Positions 63,895-64,000 of a stretch of 64,000 nt of DNA are shown here, one piece after another. Every line of letters starts with the position of its first letter. The first letter of the stretch is position 1. The stretch covers positions 288,001-352,000 of the forward strand of contig JBKAGE010000078.1 of assembly GCA_046290225.1 (NCBI GenBank), written 5' to 3'. Under the pieces are notes generated by a model. The model saw only the letters and a program-made list of their open reading frames with translations, had not been told where the DNA came from and ran no database searches. The DNA comes from Bradymonadia bacterium (lineage in GTDB: Bacteria > Myxococcota_A > Bradymonadia > UBA7976 > UBA1532). The position numbers and the translations under genes are program-made.

Positions 63895-64000
63895 ATGGCC
63901 AAGAAGAGCAAGATCGCCCGCAACAACCAGCGCAAGGTCGTCGTGGCCAAGTACGCGGAGCGCCGCGCCGAGCTCAAGGCGATCATCAAGAACCCCCGCA
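63895..64000 (+). CDS. rpsN: 30S ribosomal protein S14, long-type N-terminus (truncated by right edge)
   Basis: ATG 63895: [35 protein letters not shown]. Confidence 0.9.
   Translation, partial: MAKKSKIARNNQRKVVVAKYAERRAELKAIIKNPR

Overview
GC-rich bacterial chromosomal window. The lineage is probably Myxococcota or related, inferred from a MYXO-CTERM tail, IgGFc-binding and Gly/Ala/Met-linker lipoproteins and a DUF1501 module. Housekeeping and metabolic genes include lon (cut by the left edge), plsB, boxR-boxC-boxB, ychF, a DEAD-box helicase, SpoIID/LytB, MoxR/VWA, thioredoxin, lrgAB, an M17 aminopeptidase and a stand-alone rpsN (cut by the right edge). A patchwork accessory region follows ychF (about 15.3-34.3 kb). 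The best candidate for an undescribed system is a 31-aa, 11-Cys metallothionein-like ORF (21325-21420) that is too short for the ORF track. It is translationally coupled to a 7-Cys ArsR/SmtB repressor, with a palindromic operator over the promoter. Other highlights are a secreted protein of nine 17-aa His/Cys repeats, a 98-bp inverted-repeat element with (GGGCAC)5 inside a GH17/GH17/GH30/sugar-transporter cluster, and a degenerate but intact large serine recombinase behind a structured leader. There are also several apparent pseudoenzymes (GpsA, class A beta-lactamase fold, SDR) and a presenilin-like GxGD protease. All family calls come from motif recognition by eye; no searches were run. No tRNA, rRNA or CRISPR array was seen.
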